DNA of 64,000 nucleotides, taken from IMG/VR virus record IMGVR_UViG_2630968645_000001. One strand, given 5' to 3'. Position numbers and translations under genes: made by a program. Every line of letters begins with the position of its first letter. The stretch's first letter is position 1. Shown here piece by piece: positions 40,873 to 50,113 of the stretch. The DNA comes from a virus. The notes beneath the pieces are model-generated. The model did not search any database, was not told where the DNA came from, and was given only the letters and a program-made list of their open reading frames with translations.

Positions 40873-41391
40873 ATGAGAGAATCCGCAAAGGTGCAAGAAG
40901 CCTTGGCGATTCTGCAACAAGATGGGCTAACACAGAAACAGATCGCGAAGGACACTTATCAATCATACGAATCGGTTAACAAACAGCGAAAAGGGGAGAG
41001 GACCATGAACAAGGATGTTGCCCACCGGGCCATGCAGATCTACCAAAACTATGAGTTTGAGGCATCCATCCTGCACGAGTTTTCGGACGGCCTCGCTAGC
41101 CCGGTTATGGGCGGTCCATACGTCGAACGGCACCGAATGGTACTTGAAGAAATCACGGAAGCAGAGGTAAAAGATGTTATCAGGATCATCAATGAAGTTT
41201 CCTTGGTAAAGCCGCCAAATGTGTGTTCAAAGGACGAGCGGGAGAATGTCCGTCGCATGATGCACGAGCTCATTGAAGCGCGGGTGGCGATTGACAACCT
41301 GCTCATGGTGTTGGAAAGAGACTACGGACTTTCGGTTTTAGAAGAATCGAAGAAAGTCCTAAAAAAACTGAGAAGTGAGAGGAGAGTTTGA
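40873..41391 (+). CDS. Hypothetical XRE-like phage protein
   Basis: RBS GGAGG; N-terminal HTH-like segment. Confidence 0.7.
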   Translation: MRESAKVQEALAILQQDGLTQKQIAKDTYQSYESVNKQRKGERTMNKDVAHRAMQIYQNYEFEASILHEFSDGLASPVMGGPYVERHRMVLEEITEAEVKDVIRIINEVSLVKPPNVCSKDERENVRRMMHELIEARVAIDNLLMVLERDYGLSVLEESKKVLKKLRSERRV

Positions 41392-41675
41392 TGATTACCA
41401 AAGAAGATTTTCTACCGGCTGATTTGCCGAAGGCAATCGAACATTACAAATGCTGTAAAACCTGCCTGCATCTCGCTGAAACTGAACTGGAAATTGGGCA
41501 GATCGACATGGCAGAAATGCGAATGATTGATTTCAACCGGTCACTTGCAGAACTTAAGCGACTGAAGGAGCGGAAAGTTCAACAGGACCGAATCAATGCC
41601 ATGATCTTTGAGTTGATCGAAAAAGGCATTGATATTCACAAAATTATATTTTTGGGTGGCCAACAAAATGGGTGA
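41388..41675 (+). CDS. Hypothetical protein
   Basis: Coupled ORF in the early operon. Confidence 0.65.
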   Translation: MMITKEDFLPADLPKAIEHYKCCKTCLHLAETELEIGQIDMAEMRMIDFNRSLAELKRLKERKVQQDRINAMIFELIEKGIDIHKIIFLGGQQNG

Positions 41676-41963
41676 GCTATTTTTCATGGGGTTGTTCCTG
41701 CCGGCCATAATCATTGGGAGATGGGTTTTAGAGGAATGGTTGAAATGAATATTTACGAAAAGGCTGAAATTATTCTGAAGTCACTATCCGAATATATCAA
41801 CGTTGACGATGAAGCTTTTCATGACATTTACATTAAAGCAATTGTCAACGGATTGGTTGAAATCAGGAAAAAAGAAAAGCAGTAAGAAGTTGGCGCTTCA
41901 AACTGCCTATAACGTTCACGCATGTAATTTACTCTTTCATTGTATCACAGTGAGGTGTGTTAA

Positions 41964-42146
41964 ATGAAGAAAAAACTGACTAACTATTCAAGCGTTGATC
42001 ATCATTGGAAAAAGCTGCTAGGTTGCAAGTGCGGATGGTTCATTGAGACCACAGACGTGCTTCTCATTATCAAAGATTACAACCATAGCAGGCTAATTGA
42101 TTACAGGCAAGAAATTAAGTCGAAACTAGGCGCAATGATCGCCTAG
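41964..42146 (+). CDS. Hypothetical small protein
   Basis: RBS GAGGTG; its stop codon overlaps the ribozyme. Confidence 0.55.
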   Translation: MKKKLTNYSSVDHHWKKLLGCKCGWFIETTDVLLIIKDYNHSRLIDYRQEIKSKLGAMIA

Positions 42147-42185
42147 TCCGCCGGAGATAGCCTCCCGGCGCTGATGAGACAGGCT
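42119..42185 (+). ncRNA. Hammerhead ribozyme, type II
   Basis: GTC-GAAA-[CTAGGCG caatgat CGCCTAG]-TC-[CGCCGG...CCGGCG]-CTGATGA-GAC; GUC cleavage triplet 42146-42148. Confidence 0.88.
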
Positions 42186-42297
42186 GCGGAAAGGGGCGAA
42201 TCAATGAAAATTAAAACAGGTGATTGGCTTAAACTGAATCGTTTTGAAAAGCACATATTGTTGTGTTTGGCAATTCAAGCTGGAAGGAGTGAAAAGA

Positions 42298-42537
42298 GTG
42301 AAACAGCCAGTGCTTAATGTGAATGGGAAACGATTCAAAATCCATTCGATTAATTGGTATAAAAATGGTGAGATTTGCCATATCTCAGTTTTCATGAACG
42401 GGGAGAGCAAAACGATTTTCAATGATGATGCTTCTATCTTCAAGTACGGAATTGTTTTCGACGGTGAAACGGAAGATTCGTATTCACAGCATTACATGCT
42501 TGACTTAAGCCAGGAAGGAATGATTACGAATGATTAA
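42298..42537 (+). CDS. Hypothetical protein
   Basis: RBS GGAAGGAG before GTG, within ORF 42244-42537. Confidence 0.6.
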   Translation: MKQPVLNVNGKRFKIHSINWYKNGEICHISVFMNGESKTIFNDDASIFKYGIVFDGETEDSYSQHYMLDLSQEGMITND

Positions 42538-42742
42538 CACAATTGAACACCCGGATATTACCAGAGTGCGTCGATTTGGATATCTGCAAAATAATGAGCC
42601 GGAGCTTTTCGGTTATGACTACTTCGGTGATGAAATCTTTTATGGCGACGACGTGGTTGAAATGGATGGGGAGATTGTTTTACAAGACAATCTTCAAAAA
42701 TTTTTGGTTGAGCTCTACGACGCAAAGTTTTACACGGCATAA
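42530..42742 (+). CDS. YqaI-like protein
   Basis: IEHPDIT...DYFGDEIFYGDD; upstream of the YqaJ-like gene. Confidence 0.7.
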   Translation: MINTIEHPDITRVRRFGYLQNNEPELFGYDYFGDEIFYGDDVVEMDGEIVLQDNLQKFLVELYDAKFYTA

Positions 42743-42838
42743 TAAAAAACTTCCATTGCCGTGGGAGTAAGGTGCTTTAAATAAGACTACACCTTAATTC
42801 TATCGGTCTTTGAAAATTTTATCAAGAGGTGAAGAAGC

Positions 42839-43786
42839 ATGGCGATGAATCAAAACGCTATTCCCACAAAAGAAATGAGCCGGCATGAATGGCTTCAGGC
42901 TCGCACCAAGGGGATTGGCGGTAGTGATGCCGGCGTCATCCTTGGCTTGAATAAATACAAGACGCCTTTCGAACTCTGGCTTGAAAAGACTGGCCAGGTC
43001 GAGCCCCAAGAAGGCGACAGTGAAGCGATCTATTGGGGAAACCAAATGGAAAATGTCGTGGCAAAAGAGTTTGAAAAACGAACGGATAAAAAGGTACGCC
43101 GGTCAAACTTTATGTACAGCCATCCAGATTATCCTTTTATCCGTGCCAATGTCGATAGGTTGGTAGTTGGAGAATCGGCCGTACTTGAATGCAAGACGGC
43201 CAGCGCTTACCTTGCAAAAGAGTGGGCAGGTGACGAGGTTCCAGCCTCTTACCTTGTCCAAGTCCAGCACTATCTGGGCGTTACCGGCAAGGAAAAAGGA
43301 TATATTGCCGTGCTGATCGGAGGGAATCGGTTCGTATGGAAAGAAATCGAACGCGACGATGAACTGATCAGCATGATTTTCCAAGCTGAAAAGGATTTTT
43401 GGGAAAACAATGTGCTGGCCGGAGTTGCCCCTGAACTGGACGGAAGCAGCGCGGCTGAGAAGTATCTGGCCGAAAAATATGCCAAATCGGATCCTGATAA
43501 AGAGATCGTTCTTCCAAAAGATTTCAATGCCTATTTGGAAGAATACTTCAAAATCAAGGAAAACGAGAAGCTGATTAAAGCTGCGAAAACTGAGATTGAA
43601 AACAAACTTAAAGCTGAGCTGAAAGAAGCGGAGATTGGCCGGGTTGGCGACTATATCGTCACTTGGAAGAAGCAGGTACAGAAACGCGTTGATTCCAAAG
43701 CATTACGGGAAAAGTTCCCCGATATTCACCAGCAAGTTATTAAAGAAACATCATTCCGCAAACTTGCGGTTAAGGAGGAAAAATAA
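42839..43786 (+). CDS. YqaJ-like viral recombinase exonuclease
   Basis: WLQARTKGIGGSDAG, RANVDRLV, LECKTA, YLVQVQHY motifs. Confidence 0.95.
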   Translation: MAMNQNAIPTKEMSRHEWLQARTKGIGGSDAGVILGLNKYKTPFELWLEKTGQVEPQEGDSEAIYWGNQMENVVAKEFEKRTDKKVRRSNFMYSHPDYPFIRANVDRLVVGESAVLECKTASAYLAKEWAGDEVPASYLVQVQHYLGVTGKEKGYIAVLIGGNRFVWKEIERDDELISMIFQAEKDFWENNVLAGVAPELDGSSAAEKYLAEKYAKSDPDKEIVLPKDFNAYLEEYFKIKENEKLIKAAKTEIENKLKAELKEAEIGRVGDYIVTWKKQVQKRVDSKALREKFPDIHQQVIKETSFRKLAVKEEK

Positions 43787-44694
43787 TGGCAACAAATGCA
43801 GCGCTAAAAAACCAAATTGCAAGTAAACAGGAAGGAACCAAACAAGTATCTGCTCAATCGTTGGGGTTAAAAGCTTTGCTCAATACCCCAACGATGCAAA
43901 AAAAGTTTGAACAAGTTTTGGACAAGAAGGCACCACAATTTATGTCTTCTCTGCTCAACCTTTATAACGGTGATCCGAACATTCAGGCCGCCGAGCCAAT
44001 GAGTATTATTTCAAGTGCAATGGTCGCAGCAAGCCTTGATCTTCCAGTTGACAAAAACCTAGGTTATGCCTGGATCGTTCCATTTTATGACAGTAAGAAA
44101 GGCCATAAGGTAGCACAGTTCCAGCTTGGTTATAAGGGGTACATTCAACTGGCATTACGGACTGGTCAATATAAAGCAATTAACGTCATCGCTGTTCATG
44201 AAGGTGAGCTCATTAAGTGGAACCGGCTGACCGAAGAAATCGAACTGGATTTAGAAGGTGCCACAAGCGAGAAGGTAATCGGATACTGCGGATATTTCAA
44301 GCTGATCAATGGCTTTGAAAAGACGGTCTACTGGACCAAGGATGAGATCGAAGCGCACAGGATTAAGCATAACAAGATGAAGGACAAGAATGCTCTCAAT
44401 AATGTATGGAAAAGCGATTATGACGCTATGGCCATGAAAACGGTCATCCGCAACATGCTCAGTAAGTGGGGAATTTTGAGCATTGAAATGCAGACGGCTG
44501 TCATTGAGGACGAAAAGGAAACACATGATATCACGGATGAAACGAATGCGGAAGAACCTGAAATCATTGATTACAATCCAGAACCGGAAGCCAAGAAAGA
44601 AAAAGCGCCACAACCGGAGCAGGCAAAGAAACAGGCAAAAGTGGAAGATAAGAAATCGGCTGTTGAAATGGATGAAAATGACCTTCCATTCTGA
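43786..44694 (+). CDS. recT: RecT single-strand annealing protein
   Basis: LDLPVDKNLGYAWIVPF, QFQLGYKGYIQLALRTG, MAMKTVIR motifs. Confidence 0.95.
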   Translation: MATNAALKNQIASKQEGTKQVSAQSLGLKALLNTPTMQKKFEQVLDKKAPQFMSSLLNLYNGDPNIQAAEPMSIISSAMVAASLDLPVDKNLGYAWIVPFYDSKKGHKVAQFQLGYKGYIQLALRTGQYKAINVIAVHEGELIKWNRLTEEIELDLEGATSEKVIGYCGYFKLINGFEKTVYWTKDEIEAHRIKHNKMKDKNALNNVWKSDYDAMAMKTVIRNMLSKWGILSIEMQTAVIEDEKETHDITDETNAEEPEIIDYNPEPEAKKEKAPQPEQAKKQAKVEDKKSAVEMDENDLPF

Positions 44695-44750
44695 AAAAAT
44701 CCCCCTCACCTCGAGGGGGAAACAACACAGGAAATTGAGGTGGTGAAAGC

Positions 44751-45566
44751 ATGGCCAACATATACAGAGTCCAAAAGAACGGCAACTACGTCGTAATGAA
44801 TAAAACATCGCTTATGGATGAACGGCTGAGCTGGAAAGCGAAAGGGCTGCATGCCTATATGCTTTCTTTACCCGACGATTGGAGGTTTTATGACACAGAG
44901 TTGCAAAAACATGCTAAGGACGGACGCGACTCACTTCGGACTGCGCTTAAAGAACTGCGAGATCTGGGTTATTTAAAGCGGGTGCAGCACCGGAATGAGG
45001 ACGGGACATTCAACTATGAAACACTTGTTTTTGAAGTCCCTCAAATGGATCAACCGTTACCGGGAAAACCGTTGACGGAAAATCCGCTTACGGAAAAACC
45101 GTTGACGGATTATCCGTCGACGGAAAACCCGAAACTACTAAGTAATAAAGAACTAAGTATTGATGAACTAAATAATAATGGACTAAATAATGAAGCAGCT
45201 GCTGTAAATAAGCTTCTCAATCGATTTATAGAGTTAAGGAATCACGGATTTGTGGCTACCCCTAAGGATAAAGCAGCAGCAGATGAGATCATCCAATACG
45301 GTGTCAATGTCGATGATGCAATCAAATGGATGGAAGAGAAATTTGCGTCTTACCAGCCTAAACATCCAAAAGACTACATCAAGACGCTTGACTATTGCGC
45401 CGGATATATATTTGACCGGTTTATCGAGAAGCAGGAAGCAGAGAGAGGTGAAGACAATGGAACAAAGATTCCAAAGTATCGCAGAAGTTATGGCCGACCT
45501 GCTGGAAAAAGCGCAGAACAGGCAATCCGAGAAGCCGAAGAAGCAAGACGAGCTTGGGGCGGATGA
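44751..45566 (+). CDS. Phage replication initiator (N-terminal HTH)
   Basis: LSWKAKGLHAYMLSLPDDW...DSLRTALKELRDLGY; contains internal iterons. Confidence 0.85.
   Translation: MANIYRVQKNGNYVVMNKTSLMDERLSWKAKGLHAYMLSLPDDWRFYDTELQKHAKDGRDSLRTALKELRDLGYLKRVQHRNEDGTFNYETLVFEVPQMDQPLPGKPLTENPLTEKPLTDYPSTENPKLLSNKELSIDELNNNGLNNEAAAVNKLLNRFIELRNHGFVATPKDKAAADEIIQYGVNVDDAIKWMEEKFASYQPKHPKDYIKTLDYCAGYIFDRFIEKQEAERGEDNGTKIPKYRRSYGRPAGKSAEQAIREAEEARRAWGG
45054..45128 (+). repeat. Replication-origin iterons: five CCGT-N2-ACGG-type units at a 15-bp period, followed by an AT-rich tract
   Basis: ccgttaccgg, ccgttgacgg, ccgcttacgg, ccgttgacgg, ccgtcgacgg at 45054/69/84/99 and 45114. Confidence 0.85.
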
Positions 45567-46356
45567 TTACGAATGCCCGATTTGTAAGGATACGGAATTT
45601 GTTTTTTATCGGAATGAGCAGGGATATGAAGTTGCTAAGCCTTGCGAATGTCGGGAAAGAAAAGCATGGCGGCGCCGGTTCCGAAACTCCATGATTCCAG
45701 ATGAGTTTACAAACGCCAATTTTGAAAACTATCAGCGTACGAGCCAAATCCAAGAAGACATGTATGACCTTACAAAAAGGTATTTGCAAGAATACAAGAT
45801 GACGACCAATGAAAATGGCGAAAAGGAAAAAACGGTTTCTTCCCATAATTTTGGGTTGATTGCAGTTTTTGGCGAACAGCGCATGAAAGAATTGCCATCA
45901 GCAGAGCGGGCCGCCGTGAAACAGCAACATAACAATTTTGGGATTGGAAAGACTCATCTGCAGATTGCACTGGCAAAACGCCTGATTAAAGACGGATTCA
46001 ATGTTCTGGTTATATCAGATGTCACTTTCATGGATGAGCTTATTCAGGCCCGAATGATGAACGATGAGGGAGAGCAGCTGAACCGTTTGCTTTATGCGGC
46101 CACAAATGCAGATGTACTGATTTGGGATGACATCGGCAAAGTGAAGTGGTCGGAAGCGAAGGAATCTCTTTACTACCAGATTATTAACGAGCGATACCGG
46201 AAACAGAAACCGATTGTATTCAACTCGAATGAGGATCGCGGCACCTTGGCAGAAAAAGTAGGATATGCGGCCGCAAGCCGGCTAATTGGGCAGTGCGGAA
46301 AATACCTGCTTGAAGCCGAGGGGACTGACTGGCGTATCAAGAAAGGAGCAAGCTGA
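45457..46356 (+). CDS. DnaC/IstB-like helicase loader
   Basis: CPICKD...CEC Zn motif, GIGKTHL Walker A, LIWDDIG Walker B. Confidence 0.9.
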   Translation: MEQRFQSIAEVMADLLEKAQNRQSEKPKKQDELGADDYECPICKDTEFVFYRNEQGYEVAKPCECRERKAWRRRFRNSMIPDEFTNANFENYQRTSQIQEDMYDLTKRYLQEYKMTTNENGEKEKTVSSHNFGLIAVFGEQRMKELPSAERAAVKQQHNNFGIGKTHLQIALAKRLIKDGFNVLVISDVTFMDELIQARMMNDEGEQLNRLLYAATNADVLIWDDIGKVKWSEAKESLYYQIINERYRKQKPIVFNSNEDRGTLAEKVGYAAASRLIGQCGKYLLEAEGTDWRIKKGAS

Positions 46357-46536
46357 TGTGTGAACTATGCAATGGCCGGCATGTTGTTTACGAGGATATG
46401 GGATTTGGAATCATGGTAAAACCTTGCCCGGCGTGCGGACCGAAGCCGCAAGAGCAAATTAAGAAAGAAGAAATCATTTTGCAACGACGTTTGGAAGAAG
46501 CACGGGATCAACTCAAGATAGAAAGGGTGTACTAAA

Positions 46537-46695
46537 ATGACAAACGCCACAATTACCGAGTTGAAGCGGAGCCACCTACTCCGCCAACTCGAAAATAACG
46601 GTGTAACTCAATTCAATAATCAATCAATCTACGACTTATCTTATCACGATCTGGTGTACGCTTTAACCCTCCAAAAAATACAAATGGGGGATTGA
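46537..46695 (+). CDS. FbpA-like small basic protein
   Basis: MTNATITELKRSHLLRQLENNGV...LSYHDL read manually; below the ORF track cutoff. Confidence 0.5.
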   Translation: MTNATITELKRSHLLRQLENNGVTQFNNQSIYDLSYHDLVYALTLQKIQMGD

Positions 46696-46696
46696 T

Positions 46697-46894
46697 ATGG
46701 CAAAAAATCCGGTTATCCAGCAGGCTTATGAGCGTGGCAAGCGTGAGGGAATCGAGATCGGCATGCAGATGGGCATTAGCAAAGCGATTGGATTTATGCA
46801 GGCAAGGCTAAACAAACTGGCTGAGACGCCCGGGATCGGGCCCAAGACGATAGAAAAATTTAAGAAAGCATTTGGGGAGGAGTACTTTAAGTGA
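46697..46894 (+). CDS. Hypothetical protein
   Basis: Common phage small ORF (TPGIGPKT). Confidence 0.65.
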   Translation: MAKNPVIQQAYERGKREGIEIGMQMGISKAIGFMQARLNKLAETPGIGPKTIEKFKKAFGEEYFK

Positions 46895-47523
46895 ACCTAC
46901 AAAAATTATTTGAAGCACAGGCGGAACTGGACCAGCACATTATTGAAAAGAAAGGATTGCAGGGCGTTAATTTGCTACCGAACTTAATCCTGGCTTTGCA
47001 AGTTGAGCTCGGAGAATGTGCGCAAGAATGGCGAGGGTTTAAGTTTTGGCGCAATGACCAAGAGCCGAGAACAGAAATACCGATTGATTGTCCGTATTGT
47101 TACGGTAAAGGTTACATGAACCACGATGAAGTTTTTGAAGGTGGAGAACCTTGGCCTTGTAAAAGGTGTGATGGATCAGGTGTTTACGGATACAAAAATC
47201 CTTTACTTGAAGAATACGTTGATTGCCTGCATTTTATTTTGAGCATTGGAAACCGTCTTGGGTTGCAAGATATAAATCCTTGGTATTCCAGTGTTGCGGT
47301 CAGCTTTGGCGCCGATAAATTAACAATGCAATGGCAAGAAGTATTTGAATGTGCTTCAACTTTTAGACAATATACAGAAGATAGCAGAAAAGCATGGTAT
47401 GAATTTCTTTTTTCAAACTTCCTTGGACTAGGTGAAATGCTCGGCTTTACCTGGGAACAAATCGAGAAAGCGTACTTTGAGAAAAACAAAGTGAACTATA
47501 GACGGCAGGAAAATGGATATTGA
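46891..47523 (+). CDS. dut: Dimeric (all-alpha) dUTPase with a Zn-finger insertion
   Basis: LILALQVELGECAQEWRGFKFW, LLEEYVDCLHFILSIG, YFEKNKVNYRRQ motifs. Confidence 0.92.
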   Translation: MNLQKLFEAQAELDQHIIEKKGLQGVNLLPNLILALQVELGECAQEWRGFKFWRNDQEPRTEIPIDCPYCYGKGYMNHDEVFEGGEPWPCKRCDGSGVYGYKNPLLEEYVDCLHFILSIGNRLGLQDINPWYSSVAVSFGADKLTMQWQEVFECASTFRQYTEDSRKAWYEFLFSNFLGLGEMLGFTWEQIEKAYFEKNKVNYRRQENGY

Positions 47524-47532
47524 GGTGCAAAC

Positions 47533-47994
47533 ATGCAGGAACGAATGACAGCGAAAGAATACCGCCAGCTTACCAAGAAAACGAAGTACGGATCGAAAAA
47601 AGTTAAATTGGACGGATATGTTTTTGACAGCAAAATCGAAGCCCGTTACTACGAGCAATTGAAATGGCTTCAGGAAAACAATCGAATCTTATTTTTCCGG
47701 CTACAGCCGCGGTACTTGCTTCAGGAAGCTTTCGAGAAAAACGGAAAAAAATACCGCAAGATTGAGTACATCGCAGATTTTGAGATTCACCATTTGGATG
47801 GATCCATCGAGGTTGTGGATGTAAAGGGCATGGAAACTGAAGCGTTCAAGATAAAGAAAAAGCTGTTCGAGCATAAATATCCCCATAAACTCAGCCTGGT
47901 TACATACAGCAAGAAATGGGGCGGATGGATTGAATTGGAGGAATTGGAGAAGAAACGGAAGGCAGCGAAGAAAATAGCGCAGGCAGGGATTTAG
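47533..47994 (+). CDS. DUF1064 family PD-(D/E)XK nuclease
   Basis: KYGSKKVKLDGYVFDSKIEARYY, YIADF, VVDVKG motifs. Confidence 0.88.
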   Translation: MQERMTAKEYRQLTKKTKYGSKKVKLDGYVFDSKIEARYYEQLKWLQENNRILFFRLQPRYLLQEAFEKNGKKYRKIEYIADFEIHHLDGSIEVVDVKGMETEAFKIKKKLFEHKYPHKLSLVTYSKKWGGWIELEELEKKRKAAKKIAQAGI

Positions 47995-48109
47995 GCGCTG
48001 GACTTCTCTATTGCCTCATATACCCGTTTTAAAACGGAACATGACTATTTATATACCAAAATCTTAAAACGGCTTATAAGCCAAAATAAACAGTTTAGGA
48101 GTGGTATGG

Positions 48110-48289
48110 ATGACAGTAACTTACGTTCATGATCCTTAGGACAGATACAATCTCCGAACCAGCACCGGATGGAGAGCCAAACGCCCCGGCAAGGTTACAA
48201 TCTGGTATCTAACTCCGGAACAGCTGGAACGAGTAAGACGCGGTGAGCGCACGACCGATGTGATTGGAAATGACAAGAAGGGTCACTGA
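48110..48289 (+). pseudogene. 59-codon ORF with an in-frame TAG at codon 10
   Basis: ATG ACA GTA ACT TAC GTT CAT GAT CCT TAG GAC AGA ... YLTPEQLERVR ... TGA, all in one frame. Confidence 0.6.
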
Positions 48290-48436
48290 ACATCGGGCCA
48301 TATCTCATGACCGGGAAGAATTAATGGTCATCACGGTTTTTGAAGAAGGCCTAAACAAGGAACAGGTGCGTAAGGAAAGTATCTTTAGCAAGAGACACGC
48401 CGTGTTGGTGAAACGTGACGGCAAATACGACTGGAA

Positions 48437-49147
48437 GTGATGGAGACAATGTCGGTTGACCGGATGATCAAGCTTTTTGAAAAACTGCGATACAGGCACG
48501 ATATGTTTACTGTCTTTGCGGATTTTCTTGAAATGTCGGCGATATCTATTTCAAACGCAGTAGATTTTCAACATATGAAAGAGCGTGAGGCACGATACAT
48601 GGATATCGTGAAAAAGTATGACAAGAAGGAAATGAAAATATTTCCTCAAATCCTGGGTGAGCTGATTAACTCACTGGACAAGCATCCGTCAGATGTGCTG
48701 GGTGATATCTTTATGAAATTGGAACTTTCAAGTTCCTGGCATGGTCAGTTTTTTACACCGATGTCGCTTGCAAATATGTTTGCAGAACTGACAATTAGCG
48801 GATATGAGAAGCAAATTAAGAAGAACGGTTACTTCACATTAAATGAGCCTGCTTGTGGTGGAGGAGCAACCATAATCGGCATGGTCAATGCATTGGAAAA
48901 ACGAAAGTTAAATTATCAGGCCTGTATGCGGGTTGTGGCACAAGATATCGATGCAAAAGCAGTTCACATGTGTTATCTGCAGCTGAGCCTTCTTGGCGTG
49001 GATGCGGTCATTCTGCAGGGCGATACGCTTTCCTATAAATTTTCAGACGTATGGATGACGCCAAACCATATTTTGAGATGGGCACGTTCACGGAAACCAG
49101 TACCGGATCCAAAACCGCAATTTGAACAACTAAGCCTTGCACTTTGA
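48437..49147 (+). CDS. Short N6-adenine methyltransferase-like protein (HsdM-like fragment)
   Basis: GQFFTPMSLA, EPACGGG, AQDID, GDTL motifs; no NPP(Y/F). Confidence 0.8.
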   Translation: MMETMSVDRMIKLFEKLRYRHDMFTVFADFLEMSAISISNAVDFQHMKEREARYMDIVKKYDKKEMKIFPQILGELINSLDKHPSDVLGDIFMKLELSSSWHGQFFTPMSLANMFAELTISGYEKQIKKNGYFTLNEPACGGGATIIGMVNALEKRKLNYQACMRVVAQDIDAKAVHMCYLQLSLLGVDAVILQGDTLSYKFSDVWMTPNHILRWARSRKPVPDPKPQFEQLSLAL

Positions 49148-49216
49148 ATGGGTGTATAAAAAAAGCCGGGTTCCCCCGGCGTGGTAAACAGCTGATACCT
49201 AATTTTACCACGAGGG

Positions 49217-49420
49217 GTGAACCTATTGGAAGATAATAAACAAAACATGACAACTGAAATAGATTTGATGGAGACAGCTGTGTATATCGTCCAGGATGGG
49301 CAGCTGACTAAAGTGACTCCAAAATCTTTTGGCCAGGATATCTTGATATGGCAAAACGGAAAGGTTTTTGATATAGAGCGTATCGATCGGATGAGACTAA
49401 TCGGGCAGGATGTCATATAG
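49217..49420 (+). CDS. DUF3954-like protein
   Basis: AVYIVQDGQL...FGQDILIWQNGKV motif. Confidence 0.7.
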   Translation: MNLLEDNKQNMTTEIDLMETAVYIVQDGQLTKVTPKSFGQDILIWQNGKVFDIERIDRMRLIGQDVI

Positions 49421-49577
49421 GATGGAGGTGAAAGATATGAAACCAAAGGTACGGAAAAAGGGCGAAAAATTTCGCCCGATTGTAACGGTGCTAAAGGTAA
49501 AGCGAGGCCTGCCGACAAAAATTATGGTGAGTGGCCAGGAATATGCATTGATCCATAAAAACCAATACAAGGGATAG

Positions 49578-49760
49578 GAGCAAGTTATGAGAACAATAGT
49601 TTTTCTAAGAAACAGGGGACCACAATTCACGCCAATCGAGGAAGAATTTGAGTTTGAAGATAATTCGACGGATAAAGAAATCATAGATGCATTTGAGGAT
49701 TGGGTTTGGGATGAAGTTGGTGAAGAATTCACTTGGTTTGAGAAAGAGGAGGATAAATAA
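49578..49760 (+). CDS. Hypothetical acidic protein
   Basis: RBS GGAG; EEEFEFEDNSTDKEIIDAFEDWVWDEVG read manually; ends approximate. Confidence 0.5.
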   Translation, partial: EQVMRTIVFLRNRGPQFTPIEEEFEFEDNSTDKEIIDAFEDWVWDEVGEEFTWFEKEEDK

Positions 49761-50113
49761 TGAACCTACAAAAATTATTTAAAGCGCAGGCGGAATTGGA
49801 CAAACACATTATTGGTTGAACCAAAATTCGAAGGGTGGACAATTATGACAAAAGATGAATTGATTGAATTATTAAAAGCGAATGAACTTGCAGGAGATGC
49901 GAAAGTATTCATTCCTAGCAGATACGATGACGGTTCATTAGTTGAATTAGATGAAGTTAACATTGACCGAATTGGTACATTAAAAAATCCAATAGAAGTC
50001 ATTGTACTGTATTGAAAGAAGGAGATAGTGAAATGTTACTGATTTTTCTTGGCGGATTCATTTTCGGCCTGTCACTTGGCAGGCTGATATGGAATAAATA
50101 GTGAGGTGACAAG

